From the IMG/VR virus record IMGVR_UViG_3300019742_000001: a stretch of 64,000 nucleotides of DNA; one strand, given 5' to 3'. Of this stretch, positions 1 through 9,747 are shown piece by piece. Source of the DNA: a virus (Duplodnaviria > Caudoviricetes). The first letter of the stretch is position 1. Every line of letters starts with the position of its first letter. Under the pieces are notes generated by a model that saw only the letters and a program-made list of their open reading frames with translations, was not told the origin of the DNA and searched no databases. The translations under genes and the position numbers were made by a program.

Positions 1-1601
1 TTGGTGTTATTATTCACACCAAGTTGTTTACCAAAATCGGTAATCCACCAATCTTCCCATAACTTTGTTTCCATATCAATCATTTGAAATTGAGTTGAAC
101 CCAAATCTGGTATTTGTGTTAATATCTTTGCACTACCATTGTAATCAATTACTTGTGCGTGAACTGGATGTTTATGGTCAACAGTATCAACTTCGTGTGT
201 TGTGTAATCTGACCAAAAATCGGTATCATCTTCAAACTCAAATATTAAAAACTTGTAACGATCAATTGTCGATGGGTACGCGTCACACAACTGACAAAGA
301 TATTTTGGAGCAATACCATCATCATGACAAATGTATCCACCACCAAACATAGGACCTACAGCAGCATACTCATCAGACTCCAAATCATACATCACCGTAG
401 ACAGAGCAGTATCATACCCCGAAGGATCGTTACTATCTGTTCTTCGAGCACTCTTAATAACCAAAGTACGACCAAATTTCTCCATTACTTCAATATTTTT
501 GTTGTCACCGTTACCGTAACCACTCGGATTACCGGTGTTCAAAATTTCTCCAGCGGTTAAAAACAGTGTGTTCAATTCTGTAGAATAAACATAGTTTGAA
601 ACACCTAAACCACCACTAACCAACGGATAAATTGAAAATTTGTTTGACGACTTCCAGTGAAAATCATCATCTGTTACAGATCTAAAATTAACCGACTTCC
701 ACCAACCCGAAGGAATTGCTTCTATTGAACTATCAAACCAATCAGCCGTTGACCAACGATTTTTAATCCATGTTCTTCCGATGAATTTACCAGAAAACTT
801 TGTCACTCCTCCCCAATAAGCCACGGAAATACCTGTTATCGCAGGAGAAGTATATCCAGATAAATCACCCGACGAACCAAAAGATTGGTTTTTTATAAAC
901 CTTCTATATTTCGTACTTGATATTTCCAACCCTGTCCCTGGCCAGTTAGTATCAGTGGAACATCCACCTGCAACAACGGAGTAGTTATCTACTGGACTAA
1001 CATACTTCGTATTTGATATTGTGGGGATGAGGTTCTTATAATAACCATAGGTATCATTTTGGCCATTACATGTAGAATTTTTACCCTGAAATGGAACAAA
1101 CTCTTTCCATCTATCAGCCTCATATTTTGATATACCACTTGAAAAACCAAAATCAACATACACATAATAATATATATAAATAATCTGCCCTTCTAACTGA
1201 ACATATGGTTCGGTTAATGTAGTACAACAATACGCAGATGTACCAGTACTTCCATAAGACAAACCTATTCTATTAAAAGTTCTATCTGCCGATTGAAATA
1301 CACCACCAAATTTATGTCTACTGTATTCTTCTTCGTATGTCCTAGTAGGTGAAATATTTGTAACATACCCTGTACTAATATCTGTTGTTTTGTATGTATA
1401 TTCAGTGATTTCATCATTAACCAGAACCATATATACACCATGACCATTAATGAAATTAGTTAGTCCTTGGTCAAACCACATATTAGACTGTTTGTGACTA
1501 TATATTTCTTCGCCTGTCAATTCATCTACTACTGTAAATTCAACCTCACCCCTCATACTTGGTGACATTTGTGTTGTTATATCATTGAATCTATCTATCA
1601 T
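1..1601 (-). CDS. Large tail-fibre/receptor-binding-like protein, partial (runs off left edge); paralog of 2754..7253
   Basis: Not in the ORF track. ATG at 1601 gives MIDRFNDITTQMSPSMRGEVEF; the stretches I translated by hand are open and still match the paralog at the edge (KLWEDWWITDFGKQLG). Confidence 0.85.
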   Translation of the reverse strand, partial: MIDRFNDITTQMSPSMRGEVEFTVVDELTGEEIYSHKQSNMWFDQGLTNFINGHGVYMVLVNDEITEYTYKTTDISTGYVTNISPTRTYEEEYSRHKFGGVFQSADRTFNRIGLSYGSTGTSAYCCTTLTEPYVQLEGQIIYIYYYVYVDFGFSSGISKYEADRWKEFVPFQGKNSTCNGQNDTYGYYKNLIPTISNTKYVSPVDNYSVVAGGCSTDTNWPGTGLEISSTKYRRFIKNQSFGSSGDLSGYTSPAITGISVAYWGGVTKFSGKFIGRTWIKNRWSTADWFDSSIEAIPSGWWKSVNFRSVTDDDFHWKSSNKFSIYPLVSGGLGVSNYVYSTELNTLFLTAGEILNTGNPSGYGNGDNKNIEVMEKFGRTLVIKSARRTDSNDPSGYDTALSTVMYDLESDEYAAVGPMFGGGYICHDDGIAPKYLCQLCDAYPSTIDRYKFLIFEFEDDTDFWSDYTTHEVDTVDHKHPVHAQVIDYNGSAKILTQIPDLGSTQFQMIDMETKLWEDWWITDFGKQLGVNNNT

Positions 1602-1612
1602 ACATATTCTCC

Positions 1613-2698
1613 TTAAACTATAAAGTTACCAAAATAATCTGTGTATACAAATGTGTCAGGTTCGATACTAACAACAAAATTGGTGCTCACTTCACTCTCT
1701 ATATATTCTATTTCATCGGTATACAACTCAGTAAATACTGGTATTATATCTATTCTTGTATCAACAGACACCAAACCAAAATTAGAATAGCAACCAGACT
1801 CATTAGTATTTATAATTATGGTTTGTGTTGTTACTGGTATAAAGGTAGAATAATCATATTGAAACGGTGTATATATTGGTCTTGTGTCATAAAAACTAAA
1901 TGTGTTATTGGCACTATCATCACCAACATCAGGAATAAACAACGAAACTGTTTGTGGTATTGTATCAACACCATATGACTGATTTCCAGAAAAGTAATCA
2001 CGACGAGTACTTATAAATGTATCAGAAGGACTCCATATATGTTCAAATATAGCCTCTATTGAATATGTTTTGTTCGCCTTTAAGTCATAAATAGCAAGTG
2101 TGTCTCTGTCAACTTCTAATATGAAAATATCATCTTCATAAATTCTATATTTTATTGTATCAGGGTTTAATGTAGAAGCTACTATAGTTGGAACATTCCA
2201 ATCAAATTCCATACCTTCCGCGATGAAATTTATCGGTGCTGGTGGTATCTGTTGTTGGTCATAAACTCTAAGACCTGACCCTAATTCATTATTAGTATAA
2301 TAATCACCATTCTTATTAATGGGGGTTACGTTGATTTCTTTGTGTATTGGTGAAAATTCCCAATTCAGAATACCATCCCATAGGTCAACTGGTTGTTGTT
2401 TTATACCAGTTACGATATCAGTATACAGAACATCCAATTGTTGTGACTTCTCATTAAATATATACTCCAATACTACATAATCACCATCACGTGTTGGGGA
2501 AGCACTTGTACCGTCAACCAACACAAACGCATCAGTAAATGTATCACTATCATTTGAGTATATGGTTGAGTATATAGAGTTATCTTTTTCAATAAAGACG
2601 ATAGTTTCATTAGTTTCTGTCCATTCCAATAATGAATATATAATTCCTGCATCACTAAGGTCTTTGAATAGGTCTTTTGTTAATCTTTTATATAACAT
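1613..2698 (-). CDS. Fibre-module partner protein; paralog of 7266..8330
   Basis: First ~110 aa nearly identical to 7266..8330 (MLYKRLTKDLFKDLSDAGIIYSLLEW...); C-terminal part divergent. Confidence 0.8.
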   Translation of the reverse strand: MLYKRLTKDLFKDLSDAGIIYSLLEWTETNETIVFIEKDNSIYSTIYSNDSDTFTDAFVLVDGTSASPTRDGDYVVLEYIFNEKSQQLDVLYTDIVTGIKQQPVDLWDGILNWEFSPIHKEINVTPINKNGDYYTNNELGSGLRVYDQQQIPPAPINFIAEGMEFDWNVPTIVASTLNPDTIKYRIYEDDIFILEVDRDTLAIYDLKANKTYSIEAIFEHIWSPSDTFISTRRDYFSGNQSYGVDTIPQTVSLFIPDVGDDSANNTFSFYDTRPIYTPFQYDYSTFIPVTTQTIIINTNESGCYSNFGLVSVDTRIDIIPVFTELYTDEIEYIESEVSTNFVVSIEPDTFVYTDYFGNFIV

Positions 2699-2715
2699 TA
2701 ATACTCACATTAATA

Positions 2716-2743
2716 GTTGGAGGAGACGTTAACCCCCTCCAAC
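2716..2743 (-). terminator. Stem-loop between the two fibre modules
   Basis: Inverted repeat gttggagg / cctccaac just after the 2754 stop; U-tail weak. Confidence 0.4.
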
Positions 2744-2753
2744 CCATATTTTA

Positions 2754-5700
2754 TTACCATGTTCTATATATTGCAATGTATGTAAAGTCAACTTTGTGAC
2801 TAACACCATCAGGTGATGGTGTTATAATACCTGTTTCGTCATCTAACATGAATTCATTATCACCAACAAACTCAGTAACCAATGTTGCTGGTTGTTCTAC
2901 TACGAGTTCCACACCATTTCCTGTTGTCGGTGTTAATGTGAACGCGGAATCCAATACAAATGTCTTGTAGAAATGATCATATTCAAGTATTGTCCTTGTT
3001 TCACCAAGATATCTCAAGTGCTTGCCTTTGTAGATATCATAAGTTGGATCTAATAAATCATTTTCTATTTTTAATGTAATACCACCATCAGTTGTTGTTA
3101 TAGTATCACCAGCATCAAATTCAACGACCACATCAAAATACTTGTGTCTATCTGTGATGTTGTCTTTGTAGAAAAACTTATACATCAAAGGGTCACCGTT
3201 ATCAATAGAGTGAAATTTGATATCAGCAGTTTCACTTACTTCGTGTGTTGCTGCTGGCGTAAATACATCATTGTGCCTTTCTGCTCTTGTCCAATACATT
3301 ATATGACTGAATCCAGTGATATATTGTTGATTATCCTTTGAAATACCATCCTGTGTGAAATAAGTGGTATAGTAATCATCTGGTGATAACGTATTCGATG
3401 GACTAGATGACAATTCATTAAACCTAACCTGTATATCAGCAGAGAATGGGTGTAATTCCTGAAAATCTGCATGTGATGGTTTTGGTGTAATCAAAGATGT
3501 CATATCATAATCAACATCGTCTCTAATTCTGGTGTCTAACAATGTATCGTAATTTTTACTGTTTAATCCATATGTTGGTCTTAACACCCATTTACTCAGA
3601 CCAGAATCCCACGAAAATTTGAAATTAGTCATAGTTCTAAAATTTTCCGTTATAGTAGTTGTTGAAGACCAACATACACCATGCATCATAATCCATCCTT
3701 TTTTATAAGGTATTGCAGCCGAATAATTGTCGAGGGTATCCTCTTGAGAATTATATGGTGAGTAAGTCGGAATATTGTATGATGTATCAACAACAGAACC
3801 ATTAACCGGATCTATAGTAAAAATCTTAAATAACGACTGTATATAGTGGTATGCTTGGTCGTCACGAACATGCTTATTGCTTCGTTTTGTATTATCTGTG
3901 TACCCCGAAGTATAAAACCTTCTTGGGTAATTATTAGCATACAATACTATCCCACCTAATGCATCACCAGTAAGATCAAAATCATCGAACTTTATATACC
4001 CTTCATTATAATCACGAGGCAACCCATTAAAACTATTTGTCTCTGGTAAGAAAACCTCATTTCTTTTCAACTCAAATGTAGTTGCGTCATAAACACGACA
4101 CATATACCTATATAACACATATATCTCATTCTTATCAGTATAACATGCCATACCATCTTTTGATGTCGAATATGCATCTCCAAACACACCATAGTCATGA
4201 ATATGTTCATCTGTAATCTCTACCATCTTAGGTAACGCCAATACTTTTCTGTCAATTGTACCTGAATTTATGGTATAGTTTAATAAATCTGTTGTGAATG
4301 ATTTCAAATTACCATCACCATTCTTCATATACAATGCGACATATGCATTACCTGTGATCACATTACTTGAAATCCCTGAATTAAGTTCTATCCATACTGA
4401 CCAACTAACACCATTCCATGTAGCATAATATGTTTGTATTTCATTTAACGCATTTCTTACAACTTTTAACTTACCGTGTGGTTTTGTTTCGTCGATATCA
4501 GTAACATGTACAAGTGTTGTAGAAGTTGGGTTGATAGTGTCATAAGGATCTACATTACTAATATCATAACTTTCAACATTAAAATCATATGTAGAAATAT
4601 CTTCATTTATACTATCATAATCAAATGAATGTATATCTGTTTCATGAAACGTGAAATTACTATATGCAATATATGAATCTATTTCAGTATTATTGTCATT
4701 TTCTGTTCGATATACAATTCTAATATTTGTTACATTAGGTGGTATGCCAATATACGGTGATGTATGCCAAACAGTATCATTATATAATGGACGCCAACTA
4801 AACCTTGAAACACCCTGTACATAAGTATATGCATAATTATTATCATCATTACCACTATCAAGAATGTTATGTTTGTAATCATATGAAAAAAATCTAAATT
4901 CCTCAGAGGGAGGAAACTCTATCTCCACATACGAATAGTCATATACATCATAATGATAAAGGGATGTGACATTATTCTGAATATACGTTCTCTCTCCATC
5001 AACACCCATCTGCCATTGTGGTGTACTCCAACTATTATACAATTTAATTTCTGTTCCTGTCATAACACCAGAATCATATGTCCATGATGCTTCATTTGGG
5101 TTATTAACATCAATAACATCACCATCAGAAAAACTAGACCCTGTGACGGGATTAATATCAAACGATTCCAGTACATAAGTTGATGTTATATTATCAACAT
5201 TACCCGCCCATTCTACAGAATCAACATCAGATGATGTGGTAAATCCTATATATCTTCCGGGTAAATGTCCTGATAATATTGGTGATTCATCGTAAATATC
5301 AGATGTGTCCATTACAGACAATCCTATTGACTGACCACTTAAAAATGGTTTAATGTTATCTAACTCAATTTCTATGTCAAACTCACCATCTTCTATCATA
5401 AATCCATACAATGTTGATGATGAATCCAAAAATCCTCCTGTGGATGACAGTAATCTACTACAAGAACTTAATTTTAGTGAATCAACACCCTTTACATACT
5501 TTGACCCATTTAACTGTCTGGTTTTTGACCAACATCTATAAGATGAGTATATATCAACATCACCAGTAACTCCATCAACAACTACATTATTAACATCAGT
5601 TAATCCATCAATTGACATTATTTGGGTACAATCATCAGACACCAATATGAAACTATCAGTTGATTTGTTATAATTACCCCATACAACATTAGTATTTGAT

Positions 5701-7253
5701 TGAACATTTGTACCAAGTTGTTTACCAAAATCGGTAATCCACCAATCTTCCCATAACTTTGTTGTCATATCCAACATTTTGTATTGTGGTGAAGAACTGT
5801 CAAGTTGGGTTAATATTTTTGGTGACCCATTGTAATCTATCATTTGTGCATGATAAACATCACGTTGATCTGGGGTATCAACTTCATATGTTGTATAATC
5901 AGAGTACATATTATTTACATCATCGAATTCAAATATTTCAACTAAATATCTTGAGTTGTAGTAAGGATGCCCTTCATGTACCTGACACACATAATCAGTT
6001 ATATCATCATGTATAACATACCCACCTCTGTTAACATCACCAATGTTATTATATTCATCAGAATCAAGATCATACATCAACAACCCACTTGGTGGTGCAT
6101 ATTTATACGTTGAACTTGATCCTCTCACCAACAACTTCCTACCAAATCGAACCATAGTCTCAAGATTTCTTGTTCCATTATTGTGGTAATTTGAACTACC
6201 AGACTCAGCCAACATAAAATCATACGCCCCTGATTGTCCATATACATATGATGAATTAGTTATATCACCACCATCTATAGGATAAATAGAAATTTTATTT
6301 GAAGCCTTCCAACTAAAATCATCTGAAGTTGTTGATCTCAAATCAACTGCCTGCCACCAACCAGAAGGTATCGCTTCAAGTGAACTATCAAAATATGCCG
6401 CAGATGACCAACGATTTTTTATCCATGTTCTTCCCGCATATTTACCTTTAAACTTTGTCCATCCACCCCAATTGTATACACCTATCCCTGTTATCGCACT
6501 ATATGCATATGAGCTCAGACTACCAGAATCCCCCAAAGATTGATTTTTGACATGTCTTCTATATTTTGTTGGTGATATTGTTGGATCAGACCAGTTACTT
6601 GACAAATTTATACAATCTCCGGTATAACCATAATACCCAAGCAATTCTCCTCTATTTTTTGTATTCAACACTGTGAGTATATTATCTCTACATAGAGTAT
6701 AATAATCGTTTTGTCCATTATATACAGAATTTTTGGTTTGAAATGGAACAAACTCTTTCCATCTATCCACCTCATATGATGATATTCCAGTAGAAAATCC
6801 AACATCAACATACACATAGTAATAAACATATAGTATCTGACCTTCTAATTGGGTGTATGGTTCTGTTAATGTCGTACAACAATACGCAGATGTTCCCGTA
6901 CTACTTGCAGCCAAACCTATTCTATTAAAAGTTCTGTTTGCCGATGCAAATACACCACCAAATTTATGTCTATTATATGCCGATTCCCATGTTCTCGACG
7001 GTGTTGTTGAAGTGACACGACCAACATCAATGGCAGTGGTTCTGTATGTATATTCAGTAACCTCATCGTTAACTAGAATCATGGATGCACCTAACCCATT
7101 AATGAAATTAGTTAGTCCTTGGTCAAACCACATATTAGACTGTTTGTGACTATATATTTCCTCACCCGTTAGTTCATCTACTACTTTAAATTCAACCTCA
7201 CCTCTCATACTTGGTGACATTTGTGTTGTTATATTATCAAAATTATCTATCAT
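2754..7253 (-). CDS. 1499-aa tail-fibre/receptor-binding-like virion protein
   Basis: Long, Tyr/Asp/Ser/Thr-rich, beta-rich composition; downstream of baseplate genes; paralog at 1..1601. Confidence 0.7.
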   Translation of the reverse strand: MIDNFDNITTQMSPSMRGEVEFKVVDELTGEEIYSHKQSNMWFDQGLTNFINGLGASMILVNDEVTEYTYRTTAIDVGRVTSTTPSRTWESAYNRHKFGGVFASANRTFNRIGLAASSTGTSAYCCTTLTEPYTQLEGQILYVYYYVYVDVGFSTGISSYEVDRWKEFVPFQTKNSVYNGQNDYYTLCRDNILTVLNTKNRGELLGYYGYTGDCINLSSNWSDPTISPTKYRRHVKNQSLGDSGSLSSYAYSAITGIGVYNWGGWTKFKGKYAGRTWIKNRWSSAAYFDSSLEAIPSGWWQAVDLRSTTSDDFSWKASNKISIYPIDGGDITNSSYVYGQSGAYDFMLAESGSSNYHNNGTRNLETMVRFGRKLLVRGSSSTYKYAPPSGLLMYDLDSDEYNNIGDVNRGGYVIHDDITDYVCQVHEGHPYYNSRYLVEIFEFDDVNNMYSDYTTYEVDTPDQRDVYHAQMIDYNGSPKILTQLDSSSPQYKMLDMTTKLWEDWWITDFGKQLGTNVQSNTNVVWGNYNKSTDSFILVSDDCTQIMSIDGLTDVNNVVVDGVTGDVDIYSSYRCWSKTRQLNGSKYVKGVDSLKLSSCSRLLSSTGGFLDSSSTLYGFMIEDGEFDIEIELDNIKPFLSGQSIGLSVMDTSDIYDESPILSGHLPGRYIGFTTSSDVDSVEWAGNVDNITSTYVLESFDINPVTGSSFSDGDVIDVNNPNEASWTYDSGVMTGTEIKLYNSWSTPQWQMGVDGERTYIQNNVTSLYHYDVYDYSYVEIEFPPSEEFRFFSYDYKHNILDSGNDDNNYAYTYVQGVSRFSWRPLYNDTVWHTSPYIGIPPNVTNIRIVYRTENDNNTEIDSYIAYSNFTFHETDIHSFDYDSINEDISTYDFNVESYDISNVDPYDTINPTSTTLVHVTDIDETKPHGKLKVVRNALNEIQTYYATWNGVSWSVWIELNSGISSNVITGNAYVALYMKNGDGNLKSFTTDLLNYTINSGTIDRKVLALPKMVEITDEHIHDYGVFGDAYSTSKDGMACYTDKNEIYVLYRYMCRVYDATTFELKRNEVFLPETNSFNGLPRDYNEGYIKFDDFDLTGDALGGIVLYANNYPRRFYTSGYTDNTKRSNKHVRDDQAYHYIQSLFKIFTIDPVNGSVVDTSYNIPTYSPYNSQEDTLDNYSAAIPYKKGWIMMHGVCWSSTTTITENFRTMTNFKFSWDSGLSKWVLRPTYGLNSKNYDTLLDTRIRDDVDYDMTSLITPKPSHADFQELHPFSADIQVRFNELSSSPSNTLSPDDYYTTYFTQDGISKDNQQYITGFSHIMYWTRAERHNDVFTPAATHEVSETADIKFHSIDNGDPLMYKFFYKDNITDRHKYFDVVVEFDAGDTITTTDGGITLKIENDLLDPTYDIYKGKHLRYLGETRTILEYDHFYKTFVLDSAFTLTPTTGNGVELVVEQPATLVTEFVGDNEFMLDDETGIITPSPDGVSHKVDFTYIAIYRTW

Positions 7254-7265
7254 ATATTTTCTCCT

Positions 7266-8330
7266 TTAAAGTATAAAGTTTCCGTAGTAATTTACTATTA
7301 TTAATTCCGTGTCTTCGTTTGATATCAAATAACCAAAATCACTACTTGTAACCAAAGATGGTGATTCAATTTCCGATGTATACAATTCAGTAAAGAACGA
7401 TATTACCTCAACCCTTGTGTTATATGCAGTCAATCCAAAATCCGAACTTGTACTTGTAACAGTTGTATTTATGTTTATTGGATCAACAGAAGAAAAAGAA
7501 TTTGTTACACTGTCATTCGGGAATGGTTGTAAAAACACAGGTCTTGTGTTATACCTAACATAATCTACACTACTATCAATTCCTGACGTAACAAAAGGAT
7601 GATAATCTATACCAGTAGTCTGATAACCAGAATTTATAGTAACACCAATACTCTCAAGTTTTTCGTGTGGAGGAAACACTACAGCATAATTTCCGGTTAT
7701 TGTATACTCTGTATCAGGTTTTACATCCAGATATAATAATAATAAATCATCAGTTTCACCTATTAAAATACCTTCTTCGTATATTTTATATGATGTTCCA
7801 TAGTCTACGGCTGTTAGTGATGTTGTTGTGGCAACCCACTTAAACTCTATACCCTCAACAACGAAACCGGATGGTGGTGGTCTTCTGGTTAGAGGTGAAT
7901 ATGTAAATAATGAATCACCACCAGAAGAATGTTTAACTCCATCAGGAGAATACAAACCACGATCCAAATCAATATCAACACTTGATGTTTCCCATGGCAA
8001 TAAACCATCCCACAAATCAACTTCTTGTTGTTTAATACCAAGAACAACATCAGTATACAGAACATCAACTTGTTGTGACTTCTCATTAAATATATACTCC
8101 AATACTACATAATCACCATCACGTGTAGGGGAAGCACTTGTACCGTCAACCAGTATAAACGCATCAGTAAATGTATCACTGTCATTTGAATATATTGTTG
8201 AGTATATAGAGTTATCTTTTTCAATAAAAACTATAGTTTCATTGGTATCCGACCATTCTAATAATGAATATATGATTCCTGCATCACTAAGGTCTTTGAA
8301 TAGGTCTTTTGTTAATCTTTTATATAACAT
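7266..8330 (-). CDS. Fibre-module partner protein; paralog of 1613..2698
   Basis: Shared N-terminus with 1613..2698; TAATG overlap with the upstream gene. Confidence 0.8.
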   Translation of the reverse strand: MLYKRLTKDLFKDLSDAGIIYSLLEWSDTNETIVFIEKDNSIYSTIYSNDSDTFTDAFILVDGTSASPTRDGDYVVLEYIFNEKSQQVDVLYTDVVLGIKQQEVDLWDGLLPWETSSVDIDLDRGLYSPDGVKHSSGGDSLFTYSPLTRRPPPSGFVVEGIEFKWVATTTSLTAVDYGTSYKIYEEGILIGETDDLLLLYLDVKPDTEYTITGNYAVVFPPHEKLESIGVTINSGYQTTGIDYHPFVTSGIDSSVDYVRYNTRPVFLQPFPNDSVTNSFSSVDPININTTVTSTSSDFGLTAYNTRVEVISFFTELYTSEIESPSLVTSSDFGYLISNEDTELIIVNYYGNFIL

Positions 8331-9022
8331 TAATACTCACCCCAAACGATAGATCCATATACTTCACTGACCGCACAATCAGATGTAAATCTATAAATGT
8401 ACATCATACCATCATCACCATAATACGATATATCGGTTCCATCAGGTATTCTTATCTCACCACCATTCATACTAAATACTGGAGCATTTATTCCATTATG
8501 AACTATTTTTAATATCAACACCCAATTCAAATCTGTTGGTGATGTATCTGGTAATTGTATATTAACGTCACCTGACATTGTTAGTCTTTGTACATTTCCT
8601 TGTGATATGTATATAGGAACATCACCACTAACAGACCCCAAATCGTGTTCTGTTTCTGTATAACCACCTATAGACATATTATTATCGTCTATCCAGTTAA
8701 CAGTATCAAACACCAATGATTGTCCAACAACAGGATTTGTTGTTGTCACGTCTCCTATATCGGTAATACTTAATATATATTCTAATGTGTTTTCCCAAAC
8801 ACTACCGGTATACACAAGTAATTGATTTTCGACTTCACTTTCCAAAGTAACATCTAATAGATCACCAACAGACAGACCATTCAATAAAGGTAGAATAACA
8901 CCTGTTTTTACGTGATCAAATGTTGATGTTTTACTAATACCTTCTTGTCTTACTATAAAAATCTCATCACCAACCAATGTTCCTGCTGGTGTATATTCTG
9001 TTATGTCATAAAACTTAGCCAT
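8330..9022 (-). CDS. Short tail-fibre-like protein (MAKFYD family, copy 3)
   Basis: MAKFYD start, LxDLxDV repeats and a GNVQ-containing C-terminal domain shared with 9040..9735 and 9748..12882. Confidence 0.75.
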   Translation of the reverse strand: MAKFYDITEYTPAGTLVGDEIFIVRQEGISKTSTFDHVKTGVILPLLNGLSVGDLLDVTLESEVENQLLVYTGSVWENTLEYILSITDIGDVTTTNPVVGQSLVFDTVNWIDDNNMSIGGYTETEHDLGSVSGDVPIYISQGNVQRLTMSGDVNIQLPDTSPTDLNWVLILKIVHNGINAPVFSMNGGEIRIPDGTDISYYGDDGMMYIYRFTSDCAVSEVYGSIVWGEY

Positions 9023-9039
9023 TATTCCTCCCTACAATG

Positions 9040-9735
9040 TTAAATTGATTCTATTAAATCAAACGTCCCATATACCTGAGACGAAGAGACATCAGAAGTA
9101 AACCTGAATATAGTCAAATCTCCATTTTCACCCATATCAGTTGGTGATATTCTCTTATACCAAATCAACTCTCCATCATCAGAACTGAAAGTTGGTATAT
9201 TAGATCCATCAAACAACACTTTCAAAACTAACGTCCAACTATAACCATCTTCTGGTAATGGAGGAAGGGTAATATCCAACCCTCCTGTGATCTGCAATCG
9301 TTGTACATTACCCAACGATAGATCTATAGAATATGTACCAGAGTGCATTCCCAAATTCGTCTCTGTTTCCTTATACCCTTTGAGTAGGAGACTATTACTA
9401 TTAGACCATAGATCATCGTTCACAACCAAGATTTGACCCTTTGATGGAGTAACAGTTGTAACATCTTGTAGTTCGTTTATACTTTCCAAAACGATTTTAT
9501 TGTTTACCCACACATCACCAGAATAAATCAACACATCACCTCTTGATATATTGGTAATTGTAACATCTGATAATTCTGATATACTCATTTCTGACAACAA
9601 AGTTGATAATATACTACCAACTATCGACGAGAAATTTGTTGTTCTACACGTATCTTCTTTATGTATAATAAAATACTCATCACCAACTAATTCGTCAGTT
9701 AAAGGATATTCTGTTTGATCATAAAATTTAGCCAT
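9040..9735 (-). CDS. Short tail-fibre-like protein (MAKFYD family, copy 2)
   Basis: Same architecture as 8330..9022; SD GGGAG upstream. Confidence 0.75.
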   Translation of the reverse strand: MAKFYDQTEYPLTDELVGDEYFIIHKEDTCRTTNFSSIVGSILSTLLSEMSISELSDVTITNISRGDVLIYSGDVWVNNKIVLESINELQDVTTVTPSKGQILVVNDDLWSNSNSLLLKGYKETETNLGMHSGTYSIDLSLGNVQRLQITGGLDITLPPLPEDGYSWTLVLKVLFDGSNIPTFSSDDGELIWYKRISPTDMGENGDLTIFRFTSDVSSSQVYGTFDLIESI

Positions 9736-9747
9736 TTTTGCTCCCTA

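Noticed and set aside
1-8340. Diversity-generating retroelement (template/variable repeat pair) in the duplicated fibre genes
   Set aside because: In the stretch I compared, differences are largely synonymous and not adenine-restricted. Both copies are long coding genes, and no reverse transcriptase is present in the window.
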